A DNA stretch of 64,000 nt from Octopus bimaculoides (lineage: Eukaryota): assembly GCF_001194135.2 (NCBI RefSeq), contig NC_068988.1, forward strand, positions 78,840,174-78,904,173, in the 5' to 3' direction. Both the position numbers and the translations under genes were made by a program. Of this stretch, positions 25,904 through 39,200 are shown piece by piece. Every line of letters begins with the position of its first letter. The first letter of the stretch is position 1. Below the pieces are notes generated by a model that was not told the origin of the DNA, made no database searches, and saw only the letters and a program-made list of their open reading frames with translations.

Positions 25904-26072
25904 TTTTATAGTTAATTAATAAAATATATATCAGAAAAGAAGCACACTCTAAAGTATAGAGCATTAATTATTACAACAAAATTTTAATTTTGGACATAGA
26001 CTTACTAAAGATTTCGTATCCACAAAGCCAAAGCCTTGTGGACAGCTCATCACACACACACACACACACACA

Positions 26073-26107
<35 letters not shown>

Positions 26108-27658
26108 GCACATGCATACAGACGCATACTCTCTCTCCCTCTCTCTCTATATATATAGTTAATTCTACAAAAAAAAAAACGGAGAAAAAGATAACAGGAA
26201 AAAACAACAACTCGTGGACGTAAGTACATGCAAAGTATTAATGAGACGCTTAGAGAAGGAAAGAAAGAGTGGTTGTTTTACGTTTCGAGCATTGCCCTTC
26301 TTCGGAAACAAGAGACATCCAAAAGTCCAAAAAAAAAAAAAGGAAAAGTGCCAACAATATGACTGAGAAAAAAATACTTCACATTGCGAAACACTTTGGT
26401 ATCTATAAACACGTGACCTTCCGAAATAATTCCCTGTTAAGTGTCCTCATAACAAACAAGATAGTCTACTGTCCACACCTCCACCACTATCACAATATCT
26501 ATTCAGACAGTTTCTGTAATCTCTTTCACTCTCCTTCCTACACTTTCCTCTCTCTGTTATTGAATGCCAAAGTAGATCTAATAATCAGTAAATAATATGT
26601 TTACTTGCTTTTAAAATTCATTAGTAACATATTTTGTTCTAATACTAATAGCTTGATTGAATCCAGCCGAGATTCCTTTGAATTCCTTTGAATTCAGCAC
26701 CAATAGAATATCCTCGCCACATGCGCTACAAGTAAAATAGGCCAAGAAATAATTTAAATGAGAACTAAAAAAAAAAAATTCAATTGTTTATTCATCTAAT
26801 CTTAAATTCAGTTTCTGGGACGTTACTTCTAGAGTAAGTTCTCGAAATTTGGTTCACAACTCTATTGTTGGCAAAACAAAAGAAACAAAGTATTAACACA
26901 GTCGCTTTGTATATTTCTGCTGTTTTGTCTTTTATTCTTTTATTAAACAAGAGTCTATAGTTGTAACTTAACAGCACAACGTCTTCTTCTACTTTGTTGC
27001 TATTTCATTATAACTTAATAATCGTTGGAATCAAGAGTCTCTATTATAATTCTAAACGTCCATGGCCATGTTTATACAAAATAGCCGATAGAAATAATAG
27101 ACGCAGATTCAGATTATCAGAATATGTTTGAATTAATGGACAAAATACTGTGATAGGAAAACTCGGTTATATAACAAATACACAGATATACACTTTCATG
27201 AGCTCACACACACGTAATATATAGGATGTTCCATAAAATGTAAAGACATACTGAATTATTATAAAGTGAATATTTACTAAAACACTCGTCTTTTCCAAAA
27301 TGCAAAGCAGTTAACAAACAGAAATTAATTTCTTTTGGTTGTTTATGAATATCTGTTTTCACACTGATGACTGTTTGGGACCAAGCAGTGGTGATACCGC
27401 AAAGTAATGGCATTGCAAACATCACGAAATATTTTGTATGGTATTTCTACGCATTTCCGTTCAATGGCTGCCCTCTTTTCCTCGATTGATGCTAGTATTG
27501 AACCATAAACTCTGTCATTTAAGTATTCCCATTTAAAAAGTCTTCTTTTGTGAGGTCCGTGAACGCGGAAAGTATTCTACTGAACTGCTTCGTTCAAACC
27601 ATCTGTTTAGCAAAATCGCCTTAGTGTAGGTTCTTATGCTATTATGGTAAAGTGTGTG

Positions 27659-27733
<75 letters not shown>

Positions 27734-28025
27734 GGGGTCGTGGTGTGCTCATATGTGTCCGAATATGTGACTGTGCATTAAGTTAAAATCAGTTAAAATC
27801 AATTTAATGAATAATCTCCAAACCAGTGAACCCCAATAAAAACGAGCCTCAAATGTATTTAAATCGGCTGTAAAGTTAGGACCAATATGTACGTATAGAC
27901 TAAATCAAATGCTATTATTTAAAAAAAGCACTTCAAACTTATTTGAAAATAAATTTTCTTGAATAAATATAACTTTTCCTTCTTCATCAGAGGATGAAAA
28001 ATTTCCTAAACATGTTGAAACAATA

Positions 28026-28057
<32 letters not shown>

Positions 28058-28239
28058 CATATATATATATCTATATATACATATATTTATATATACACAT
28101 ATATTTGGGTACATATATGTATATGCGTATATATATTTATATATGCATACATATATACACGCATATACGTACATACCTTCATACACACACACAAACACAC
28201 GCATATATATATTGTCGATTTTTTCCTGATTCTTCCTAC

Positions 28240-28360
28240 TTCTCTTTGAACTTCCTGTTTTTCCTGCTTCCGAAGAAGAGCGATGCGTGAAACGAAAAAC
28301 GACTACTCATTCCTTCTCCGAGCGTCGTATTAATACTTTGCTTGTGCTACGTCCTCACGC
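28240..28360 (+). mobile_element. Possible Penelope-like terminal repeat remnant with degenerate minimal hammerhead-like core
   Basis: CCGAAGA-AGAGC-GAT-GCGT-GAAACG layout resembles CUGANGA/stem II/GAAAC, but with a U>C change in the core and a broken stem II. Assignment is from pattern recall only. Confidence 0.35.
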
Positions 28361-28424
28361 TTGTTTGTTTTTGTTTTTGTTTTTCTTTTTTCCTTGTTTT
28401 TTCTCTCTGCTCTTTTGAATTAGC

Positions 28425-28471
<47 letters not shown>

Positions 28472-28801
28472 NNNNNNNNNNNNNNNNNNNNNNNNNNNNN
28501 NNNNNNNNNNNNNNNNNNNNNNNNNNNNNNNNNNNNNNNNNNNNNNNNNNNNNNNNNNNNNNNNNNNNNNNNNNNNNNNNNNNNNNNNNNNNNNNNNNNN
28601 NNNNNNNNNNNNNNNNNNNNNNNNNNNNNNNNNNNNNNNNNNNNNNNNNNNNNNNNNNNNNNNNNNNNNNNNNNNNNNNNNNNNNNNNNNNNNNNNNNNN
28701 NNNNNNNNNNNNNNNNNNNNNNNNNNNNNNNNNNNNNNNNNNNNNNNNNNNNNNNNNNNNNNNNNNNNNNNNNNNNNNNNNNNNNNNNNNNNNNNNNNNN
28801 N

Positions 28802-28842
<41 letters not shown>

Positions 28843-29357
28843 AACAGAAAATACCAGAAGAAACCAACAAAGTGTATTCATTTGTCACATCTTTTAGTCT
28901 TGAATCATATTGGAAAATCTCATCCTAGATATACAAGAACACGTTGTCACATCTGTAAAACTTTTCATCAAAAGTCTGTTCAGCCAGAGTTTTCTTGGTG
29001 TGAATATCACAAAACATATCTACAACATAGTTTGCTCATCTCTGCATTTCAATCTCCCGCTTGAAGAGAGTTAAGTGGTAAAAGACTCAGGGAACAACCT
29101 CCGTGAAAGATGATGAAAAATTAGTATAGACGCCAATAGGAAAGAACTAAAAAATATACGGTATTGTCTTTCAATACAAAATAGTGAGAAGATTTCATTA
29201 GGTAATTTATTTGTAAGATGAGAACTAGAAGAGGAAATATTTAGCAAATATCACAGCTGTTATATCAAGATCTGTTAAACTATTGATTTCCAGAACGATA
29301 CTTCAATCAATCACCGATAAGTGTGTGCGTACCTGTCTACACACACACACACGCACA

Positions 29358-29400
<43 letters not shown>

Positions 29401-29556
29401 ACATACACACACACAAACACACACACACACACAGCACATGTGTTCGCTCGCACGCGCACGAACACATTTTGTATGTGTATACATATATTTTGTAAATATA
29501 AGTGTGCGTGTGTGTGTATGTGTGTGTGTTTGTGTGTGTGTGTGTGTATATATATA

Positions 29557-29965
29557 TACTCTTTACTCTTTTACTTGTTTCAGTCATTTGACTGCGGCCA
29601 TGCTGGAGCACCGCCTTTAATCGAGCAAATCGACCCCGGGATTTATTCTTTGTAAGCCTAGTACTTATTAAATCGGTCTCTTTTGCCGAACCGCTATGTG
29701 ACGGGGACATAAACACACAAGCATCGGTTGTCAAGCAATGCTAGGGGGACAAACACAGACACACAAACACATACACACACATATATATATACATATATAC
29801 GACGGGCTTCTTTCAGTTTCCGTCTACCAAATCCACTCACAAGGCTTTGGTCGGCCCGAGGCTATAGTAGAAGACACTTGCCCAAGATGCCACGCAGTGG
29901 GACTGAACCCGGAACTATGTGGTTGGTAAGCAAGCTACTTACCACACAGCCACTCCTGCGCCTAT
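29557..29965 (-). mobile_element. SINE family A, best-preserved full-length copy
   Basis: Reverse complement: ATAGGCGCAGGAGTGGCTGTGTGGTAAG (A-box-like)...CCGGGTTCAGTCCCACTGCG (B-box-like), central TCTTGGGCAAGTGTCTTC domain, internal (TA/TG)n, body, then the LINE-like tail GGCGGTGCTCCAGCATGGCCGCAGTCAAATGACTGAAACAAGTAAAAGAGTA. Confidence 0.93.
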
Positions 29966-30911
29966 ATATATACATATATATATATATACATATATATATN
30001 NNNNNNNNNNNNNNNNNNNNNNNNNNNNNNNNNNNNNNNNNNNNNNNNNNNNNNNNNNNNNNNNNNNNNNNNNNNNNNNNNNNNNNNNNNNNNNNNNNNN
30101 NNNNNNNNNNNNNNNNNNNNNNNNNNNNNNNNNNNNNNNNNNNNNNNNNNNNNNNNNNNNNNNNNNNNNNNNNNNNNNNNNNNNNNNNNNNNNNNNNNNN
30201 NNNNNNNNNNNNNNNNNNNNNNNNNNNNNNNNNNNNNNNNNNNNNNNNNNNNNNNNNNNNNNNNNNNNNNNNNNNNNNNNNNNNNNNNNNNNNNNNNNTA
30301 TATATATATCTGTAATCAGAGAATATGAAGAAGAAATACTGACCCAAATAACTTTCTTTGATCCTAACAAGATGAGATTTGTTTCAGAGAGAGACTTGTA
30401 GGCTTTCCAGAGAGATAAGTATGTTTATCAGACTCAATTATTATATAGTTTAAATAGATTGTTGATGTGCGTGTTTGTGTGTGTATGTGTGCGTGCGTGT
30501 GTGTGCGTGTGTAGGGTGTGTATGTGTGTAAATGTGAGTGTATGTGTATGGTGTGTCTATGTATATATATGTCAAGGATATGGATGTGTGAAACCATTTA
30601 AATGTTCGCAGTGATATTCATGCAGTATTAACATTACGTAGTGAATGTTAGAAACAGGTGTTGTTAACAAAGAACGCTATAAAACTATTTAATTTCTTAA
30701 CAGTTGATCAATAGAAATACGAGATTTTACTAAGGTGTTATTTGTATGACTATAAAATATTGTACATGTAAGACAGTTTTTTGTTTATAACCTAATAATA
30801 AAACAAGTTGGGCGATAAGATGGTAATTAAAATGCAATTATTTGTTTAGCTGAAGTTGTATATATTTCTAAACTTATTATTCGTGTAGTGTAAATTATTC
30901 TTGTTAACAGT

Positions 30912-31059
30912 AAAACTCAAAGTAGATAAAGCTATAAAAATAGCATGTGGAATATTGGGTTAAAAAACTTTGGATGGGAAAAAAGTCGAAGACTGCAAGT
31001 TTGCCTTATAACCTAATGTTCTACACGCTACTATTTATAGCTTTATCTACTTCGAATTT
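30912..31059. mobile_element. Short fold-back element (~43-bp arms, 46-nt spacer)
   Basis: AAGTAGATAAAGCTATAAA.ATAGCATGTGGAATATTGGGTTA (30920-30962) vs TAACCTAATGTTCTACACGCTACTATTTATAGCTTTATCTACTT (31009-31052). Confidence 0.85.
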
Positions 31060-31876
31060 CAACCTTTAAAAAAATAATTACTTCATACCTCACGAACTTT
31101 GTAAATATATTTTGAATATTCTAGTGTAGAATTAACATTTCTGTAAATGGAATTGGAGGGGTGGGATTCATTTTTATTGCTGTGGTGAATTTCCTTAAAA
31201 CCATTAGGGGGAACAAAATAGTCACAAATGATGACTTTAAGTTGAGAACTAGTAACAATTTACCCATAAAATTGATATCCTCAGATTTATTGTGTATTCT
31301 GTTGTTTGCCTAACTATACGTGATCTCTGGGTAGGTCTACGATTATCCCACACTCCTTTTCTTTCGAACTATATCTTCCAATACGTTCTTCCAGGTATTA
31401 TGATGGAAGGGTGTAACTTAAAGGGAATTTGGCTGCCATTCCTAGCATGTCGAGAGACTACAATAGAGTCTCTCTCGCTCTTTCTTTATTATAAATGTCC
31501 AAGCTTTCTGAATATGTATATAATACTTAACACGTATCGTATAGGATAGTGGAAACTGTGTGGAATTCGTACCTTGTTCGGGGACGTTACTGGTATAATT
31601 ACAGGTGGAAATCAATGTCGGAACCGACTTCTGCATGTACCAGTCTTATAAATGCACTAAGCTCTGCGTTAAACATAGAGATGACATGATATATTGTCAA
31701 CATAAGAGAGACATTTATTGACACTAAAAGTATTAGAGAGCAAAGATGATACATGTATGAAGTGGAGTCAGTAATAATAGACGAAACAAAATACTGTATC
31801 GGCTGCAATGCTTTATGATTGCAGTCACGTCCACTGTTCACCTCAAAGTTGTAATTTCGTATTGTATAAAACATCA

Positions 31877-31952
31877 CATTTGACGGTGAAGTATAAATAA
31901 CGTCATTTGACGGTGAAGTATAAATAACGTCATTTGACGGTAAAGTATAAAT
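31877..31952. repeat. 27-bp tandem repeat, ~2.8 copies
   Basis: CATTTGACGGTGAAGTATAAATAACGT x2 plus a partial third copy. Confidence 0.95.
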
Positions 31953-32067
31953 CGACCTTAGACGATGTCTGTTACTCGTGTAATAAACTCTGGAGAGACG
32001 AAAAGTAAAATTGTTTCAGTAAAGAACCTCGATTACAGCTGTCTTTCACGCTACCACTCAGACATTC

Positions 32068-32340
32068 ATATCTCCATAGTTATCACTCCAATTATATCAC
32101 ACGAATCTCATATCTCTGTAGTTACCACTCTAATATATCACACTACCACACAGCCACTCATATCTCCTTAGTTATCACTCGAAGTAACACCTTATCTCCA
32201 TAGTTACAATGCAAATTAGTAATTTCTCCTCGGTATGCACTCCAATTACTGTCATATTTTCTTTATATTGAGAACACCACCTACCATGTCTCCTTAGTTA
32301 CCACTCAAATTAATGTAATATCTCCATAGTTACCACAACC
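32068..32340. repeat. Degenerate minisatellite with conserved core and variable spacers
   Basis: Core ATATCTCC(A/T)TAGTTA(C/T)CACTC at about 32068, 32110, 32160, 32192, 32222, 32286 and 32318. Confidence 0.8.
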
Positions 32341-33013
32341 ATTAACATAATACATCCACTACCTGAGGTCCGAGTAACATAATATTTCTAAAGATAGCTC
32401 TGCAACTAACCTAATTACCATTTTAACACAATAATTCATTGGTTTATTTCCTCTAAGCAATGCTATATATTCACAAGTATCTAGCGCGAAATCATATCTA
32501 ACACGTCATTAACGCAATATTCCCACAAATTGCCCCTCGAAAACGAGAACAAAACAATATTTGTATCGTGTATATATTTCCAATAATTCTTCCGTTTACT
32601 ATAATCCCTTGAGCCATTATTGTTTTCTAGTATATCTTTCTATACGGACAGCCATACCCCTTTTTTTATTGAACAGTAAATTATCTGTAATCTCCCATAA
32701 TCCTTATTAATCTTATTTTACTCGTGTGTCTTGCATCAAATAGAAGTAGAGATTGTTATAATGATTCCACATATTGAATAGCGTCAAATGGAGGAGTTTA
32801 TATTGACAAGTATTTAGTCGAACCATGGCAACGATCAATCAAAAGAGATTTTTACATTTCGGTAAAAGGAACATAGCTACCAGATTTTGTCCTTCGTTTC
32901 ACATTAATACACGTATCAGCTGTACTAGCACAAAATATCTGCTGCTTCCCATACTGTAATATCAGCGATGTGTCGCTTATATATATATATGTGTGTGTGT
33001 GTGTGCGCGCGTG

Positions 33014-33185
33014 TACTTTATTAAAAAGCAGCAAAAATATCACAAAAATTGTTGCTCAGAGTTTCACGCACCCGTTCGTCGGACAGTTTTGTGATATTTT
33101 TGCTGCTTTTTTAATAAAGCATATTACTCAACCTCTGGTATTCGAGTACTATTTTTTCCACCTTGTTTCGCATGTCTCTTGTTTC
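33014..33185. mobile_element. Hairpin-plus-tail repeat, copy 2
   Basis: ~40-bp arms (33014-33053 / 33082-33123) around a 28-nt loop, followed by TTACTCAACCTCTGGTATTCGAGTACT, as in the copy at 22793. Confidence 0.8.
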
Positions 33186-33193
33186 GCATGCTT

Positions 33194-33239
<46 letters not shown>

Positions 33240-34007
33240 TTTCTTTTTTCATCTTACCTAGAAGACGAAAACAAGAAAGAAACGGAAGAGTGAACTGAGT
33301 AATTTATTTAATCTTATTCAGCAAGATTTTATGAATGTCTTGATATATGATACCAACTTACATCATTAGGCGAACTTGCAGTGTTTCTTCTGATTCATTA
33401 CGCTCTGTATTCAGCTTCCCCCGGGGTTGACTTCGTCTCTTCGGGGTGGATGAAATAAATACCAGTCGAGAACTGATTTTCTCTTACTGGTTTCTTTCTG
33501 ATATATTCCTAACTTTCTTGGTTTACCTTTACTTTTTGACTGTCTTCTATGTCTTCTATTTCCCACCTTTCTAATGACCGGATTTCCATTTCTGACTTCT
33601 CAGTAGCTGTACATAATGATTATGTGCAGTCGCTCAACCAGCAAAAAATAGCAGCCAAATCTCATGCAAATCACAGGCTACCATCTGTGGAAAAGACACA
33701 TTGGGTAACATGGTTCTGGGCTCTGAGCCCATAAGGAAAGACGGGATGCTCAAACGGGATTATTTACGATCAATAGTTTGCTCAATCTCAAGTTAAATAG
33801 CAGTAGCTTCAGATGCAACAACAAAAACGTACAGGAAGCACGGTTTAATTAATCACTGACTCATTAGTTTACTGAGCACAGTTTCGATCCACGAAGGTAC
33901 TTTTATTTCTCCTAAACAATTCTAAACATAACTTTTCTCTAACGTAACCAGAAATAATCACGTCACACTTGTGATTTATATCTCAGTAAATCAAATTTTC
34001 GCACATA

Positions 34008-34095
34008 AAATAAGTACCAGTTGAACACTGAGGTCGATGTAATCGACTTATGCTCTTCCCCGAAATTGCTGGCCTTATATGCCAAAATTTGAAAT
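34008..34095 (+). mobile_element. SINE family B 3' fragment
   Basis: AAATAAGTACCAGTTGAACACTGAGGTCGATGTAATCGACTT matches the family B 3' half. A more degenerate middle fragment lies at about 33370-33475. Confidence 0.7.
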
Positions 34096-34125
34096 CATTA
34101 TTAGCAGATATATATATATGTGTGT

Positions 34126-34228
<103 letters not shown>

Positions 34229-35801
34229 TACGATGTTTCTGGGCACAGTTAGAAGTCCATTACTTAGAAATCACACGTGTACAATCCGACGACAGTATAG
34301 CGTATTTTATAGACGCGATATTGATAGAAATCTTATACAATATTTACCTTACTGCACATTATAGTTTCTACATAGTCAATGCTCATTTTGCCATCATTTC
34401 TTCCTAAATTCTTTTTAAATAAATGATAGACTGGAGAAAATATTAAATACATAATATACAAATTAGGTGTGTGCTCCACGAGGTATCGTTATATTATTTC
34501 CAACTGATATCTATAATTGTGTACAATATTAGCTAAAGTCAACAAATCTTCAATTAAAACGGGCCTTTTGCAGTTAGATCTCTTAAATTCTTCCTATATC
34601 TCAGAGACGTACTGATGTCTCATTCTTTTATTACTCATTTTGGGACAAAATTACTACCATTAACATCGAAGTTTTCCTCAGTTGCCTTAAAGAGAATTTA
34701 AATTATACATATGTTATTGATTAAATTATGAGTGATCCTGTTTCTGGTGAATTTGCAACATTGCGATATAATTTTGTTTCCTGGAGGGAGCCGCTCTCGC
34801 CTTCTACATCGTCTTGTTCTTATCCAAGACAGGCACATGATCTAATGCACTGATGGTTTAAATGATAACCCAAGTTTTAAAAAGTAAACAGTCGTAATCC
34901 AGAGACTGTATATAGTGAATAATTTCTTGAAATGTAACATATCACACACATACACACACGTTACAGAAGTGTCAGTGTCTGAATTATTGTGTATGCTTGT
35001 GTGTGTGTGTGTGTGCGTGTGTATGTGTGTGTGTATGTGTGTGTGTGTGCGCGCGTGTGTGTTTTCTAGGTATATTATTTGCTTGTATTTACAAACAATT
35101 CTATATAGCAAATCTAAACTGTGACACAGAGAAATACAAGGAAAAACGTCTTAAATATGTTACTCTCTGTCTCACCCTTACTTCTTTCTCTCTCTCTTTC
35201 TTTTCCCCTTCTCTCTTTCTTTTCCCCTTCTCTCTCTCTTCACACATACACAAACACACACTCGCACTCAGACACTCACTCATATACACACAAATACACA
35301 CACATGCATATATGCATGTATGGGGCTATGAACAAACGCCGTTCGCTAATATATATAAATGGATCTCTTAATATTGTATAATTAATTATTTTGCTTTTAT
35401 TCTTTCCCTTCACCTTCCTTTTGTTGTTGGTGTTATTGTTATGTCTGTCAAATAAAACATTTCAATGAATACAAGTTGTCGACATTCTTGTCCAAGTGAC
35501 AACAGATTACACTGTATTGTGATGACACACAACAGTACAATGCACACAACCTGTCGTCACGTAATTTGCGCCAGCTACACCGGAAGATAATATCTATATC
35601 TTTCATTGTTGTCCTCGGTACCCCAAGCTCTACCAGATAACTTACACATCTACACAATCATTCGCTCCTCTTTCACACAAATTAATTAATGGGTGTTACA
35701 ATTTGACATTCATTTATCTTAGATTTTCGATGCCAATGAAATAATTTGCATTCATTTTGTAACATGCTATTATTAATAACAAGTCATATATACTATTGTG
35801 A

Positions 35802-35836
<35 letters not shown>

Positions 35837-36269
35837 NNNNNNNNNNNNNNNNNNNNNNNNNNNNNNNNNNNNNNNNNNNNNNNNNNNNNNNNNNNNNNNN
35901 NNNNNNNNNNNNNNNNNNNNNNNNNNNNNNNNNNNNNNNNNNNNNNNNNNNNNNNNNNNNNNNNNNNNNNNNNNNNNNNNNNNNNNNNNNNNNNNNNNNN
36001 NNNNNNNNNNNNNNNNNNNNNNNNNNNNNNNNNNNNNNNNNNNNNNNNNNNNNNNNNNNNNNNNNNNNNNNNNNNNNNNNNNNNNNNNNNNNNNNNNNNN
36101 NNNNNNNNNNNNNNNNNNNNNNNNNNNNNNNNNNNNNNNNNNNNNNNNNNNNNNNNNNNNATATATATATATATATATATATATAAATATCGCCAAGCCA
36201 ACATGGCAGTTCAAAAAAATTGGACAAATGCTACCGCTGATTAGCTCCAAGAGGCCATCGCTCTAGCCC

Positions 36270-39200
36270 TGCAGCAGGTCCAGCTTCCGTAGGAAAGGCT
36301 CAAGAATCAAAACGTACAGATGAGAGGAGAGAGGGCACACTTAACGGACCAATCGGAAGAGCTGAATCGGTTCAGAGATGTGGCCATTAATGTTGACTAC
36401 CGAGCAGATGCCGCTGTGCATTGCAGCGATCCAACCTCTGAAGACGGGGCCAAAGCCAGCCGCTTTGGGCAAAGCCTCCAGGTATCGATGCTCGACCCTA
36501 TCGAATGCTTTCGATTAATCTTAATTGATCAGCGCCCCGCCGAAGCCAGGTTTACACCCTACCCTTTCTATGATGTATCGCACGAGGTGGAGGTTGTCTT
36601 GTATGGACGTAGTCGAGATTGCGCAGCTTTGCGCCCTGCGACCAAGTCCTCGACGACAAGCACCAACCACTTTACTAATACCTTGGCCAAAATCTTAAAC
36701 TTTGTATTAAGCAGTGTTATGGGCCTGAAATTATCTAATGTGTCCCTCTTGTTTTCGTCTTTATTTATCAACGTCATTGCGCTCCGGCTCACTGAACTGG
36801 AGATACTCCCGTTCTGCTGCCAGTTGCTGTTAAGCACTTCGAGGAGATTAGAGAACAAGTCTGGCATATTTACGTAAAGTTCATAGGGCAGTCCATCTAA
36901 GCCTGGTGACTTTTGCCACCTGCAACCGACAAGGGGCGTCCTGAATTTCGGCTGAAGTTATTTGCCCTTTGCAGCGCTCAGCCGTCGAGAGATGCGGCAA
37001 GCCGTCGAGGTAGAAACTGATATCCGCCACCGTCTCCGCTCTACCACTTTCTCCGAACAACCGAGCACTACTTAGTAGTGCCACTACTAATTGTCTCGTC
37101 TAGTTTAGCTACTAACTCCTCCTCTTTTCTATTTTTCTAACGCTATTTCTTAGCTAAACCCTATCGATATTACTCTAATCTCTCTTTTGAGAGCTGCCGA
37201 CCACCTGTTGTTGACGACAGCCCCTGTCAAATTCTGCTTAACTAAATTACTGACCCGGTCCCTGTAAGCCATACGTGTCAGAAACATGTTTAGCTTCCAG
37301 TAACCGGGTCCTAGCCTACGCGTCTTATCTATGTTGACTGTACAGATTACAAACTTATGGTCTGAATAGGCGACCGTTTTAAAAAGTGGACATCCTACAC
37401 TGTTACTATCTATTTTTCTAGTGAAAATCCTATCTATATACGATCTAGATGACCCTAAATGGTTGGTCCAGGTCCACACTGGTGCATTAGAGAAATCTCG
37501 TCGGTACTTGCTGATAAGGTGCTTGAGGCTTTTGCACTCCCCTCTTCTATCAGCTACTCCCACACAATCCCAACCTTGATATAAAATTCCGTTCCAGTCC
37601 CCTACTAACAGTAAAGGGCGAGACGTACCTAGAAAGGCCTCCAGACGCCTAAAGAAATCTGGCCGTTTGGTTCCGATCGGAACATAGACGGCCACCAGTC
37701 TAAAGACACTACCTTCACTTTTGCTCACGACCAGGACCACCAACTTTCCGTTCGGGTCCCGAAAGATCGACTTTACTTCGAGATCCAGTTCTTTCCTAAA
37801 CAGCACTGCCACTCCACCTTCCATTCCCGGCCGACTAACAGATGCAGAAATCTGGTAGTTGTCGAACATAGGGGCCAGTACACGTATATTGGAAATCCTG
37901 GCTTCACGGACAGCAATTATATTCAGTTGTAGAGACCTGAGGTTGATGAGCAGGCGTCTCTGCTTCTAGAGTGAACCCAGGCCTCGCACATGTAAAAATC
38001 CTACTCTTAGTATGGCCTATGTTGTCAAGCTAAAGTGAGAAAGCAAAGGTTTACTTATCTCCCGGTGTCTTGTGAAGGTCGGGTGGCTCGACCTCTATAG
38101 TTGTTGGGATCTTTTAGGAAACTCCTTTAAGAGTCTTAATGAGGGTCTCACGTTCGGGGTTCCTACGTCCTCCGGGAAGGTGATGGTATTGTTGTTTCTG
38201 TGTGTGTTGTGAGTGTGCTATCTGCAGTTTTAGATGTCTGTGTAAGTATCTGTTTGGGTTGTTTGCGTTTGGGGGATTCTGATGATAGCGATTGTGTTGG
38301 TTGTGTTTGTGTTAGTATTTGGGGGGGGGGGAAGTCTGCGTGGGTGGTGTTTGTAGTTTTTATCGTGGGTGTTTTTATGCCTTGTGGAGTTTTTCTTTTG
38401 TTGTCACTTTTTTTTCTTTTGTTTTTTGGCCTTTCAGTTTTCCTTCATCTTCACTCCTGGAAGGTGAAGGGTCTGTAACTGTAAGTACGTTTGTGTCAGT
38501 GTGTATGTTTATAATCTTGTTTATGTGTGTATTTTTGTTTGGTGTGAGGGGGGTGGAAGAGTTTTCCTTGTTTTCCCCCCTAGTGTGGTTAATGTCTTTG
38601 GTGTTGTTGCTGGTGGTTTTTCCGGCGCTGGTGATGTTTGTGGTTCTCGTCCCAGCAAAGGCAGTAGTGGAGGCCGTAGGGGGTAGCGAGCACCCAAATG
38701 AGTCGTTTCTCTACACCTGAAACAATTAGGCCTTTTGCCTTCAGTCATGATATGCATCACCGTCTCGTTCTGGGGACTGATGTGGTCTGGGATTTTTTTA
38801 ATGTTTTCGGGTCTGATCTGGAGAAGTATCTCTAGGTCAACCCCTGACCAGTCCTCCTGGCAGTTCTTGTCGCCTCTATAAGGACAGTATCCGTTACCTC
38901 CATGATTACACATCCCAGTAGCCACCAAATATCTAATCCTGGGAAGATTCTAGGAATGCGGACACGGGCTGTACATTTCCCCATGTGGAAGGCGTAAATG
39001 ATGACTTTGCTGGTTTTGCAGGGGCTCATTGAATGTTTCACAGCGAGGGCTTTTGATTTAAACAGCACCGAAATGGTGCTGTATTGTTTGCCCCTCGCTA
39101 TGAATTCCATGTCATTTCTTATGCACCTCAGCGCCGCCTCAGTATCTACTTGGGCTATCAAAGCCGCTCTTTTCGTGTCTGCAACGTTCTTCTCTCCACT

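Noticed and set aside
29880-29965. tRNA gene
   Set aside because: A/B-box-like motifs are present but there is no complete cloverleaf, and it continues into a SINE body; these are tRNA-derived SINE heads.
32068-32340. CRISPR array
   Set aside because: Eukaryotic repeat context, degenerate repeats, irregular spacing and no cas genes; kept only as a minisatellite.
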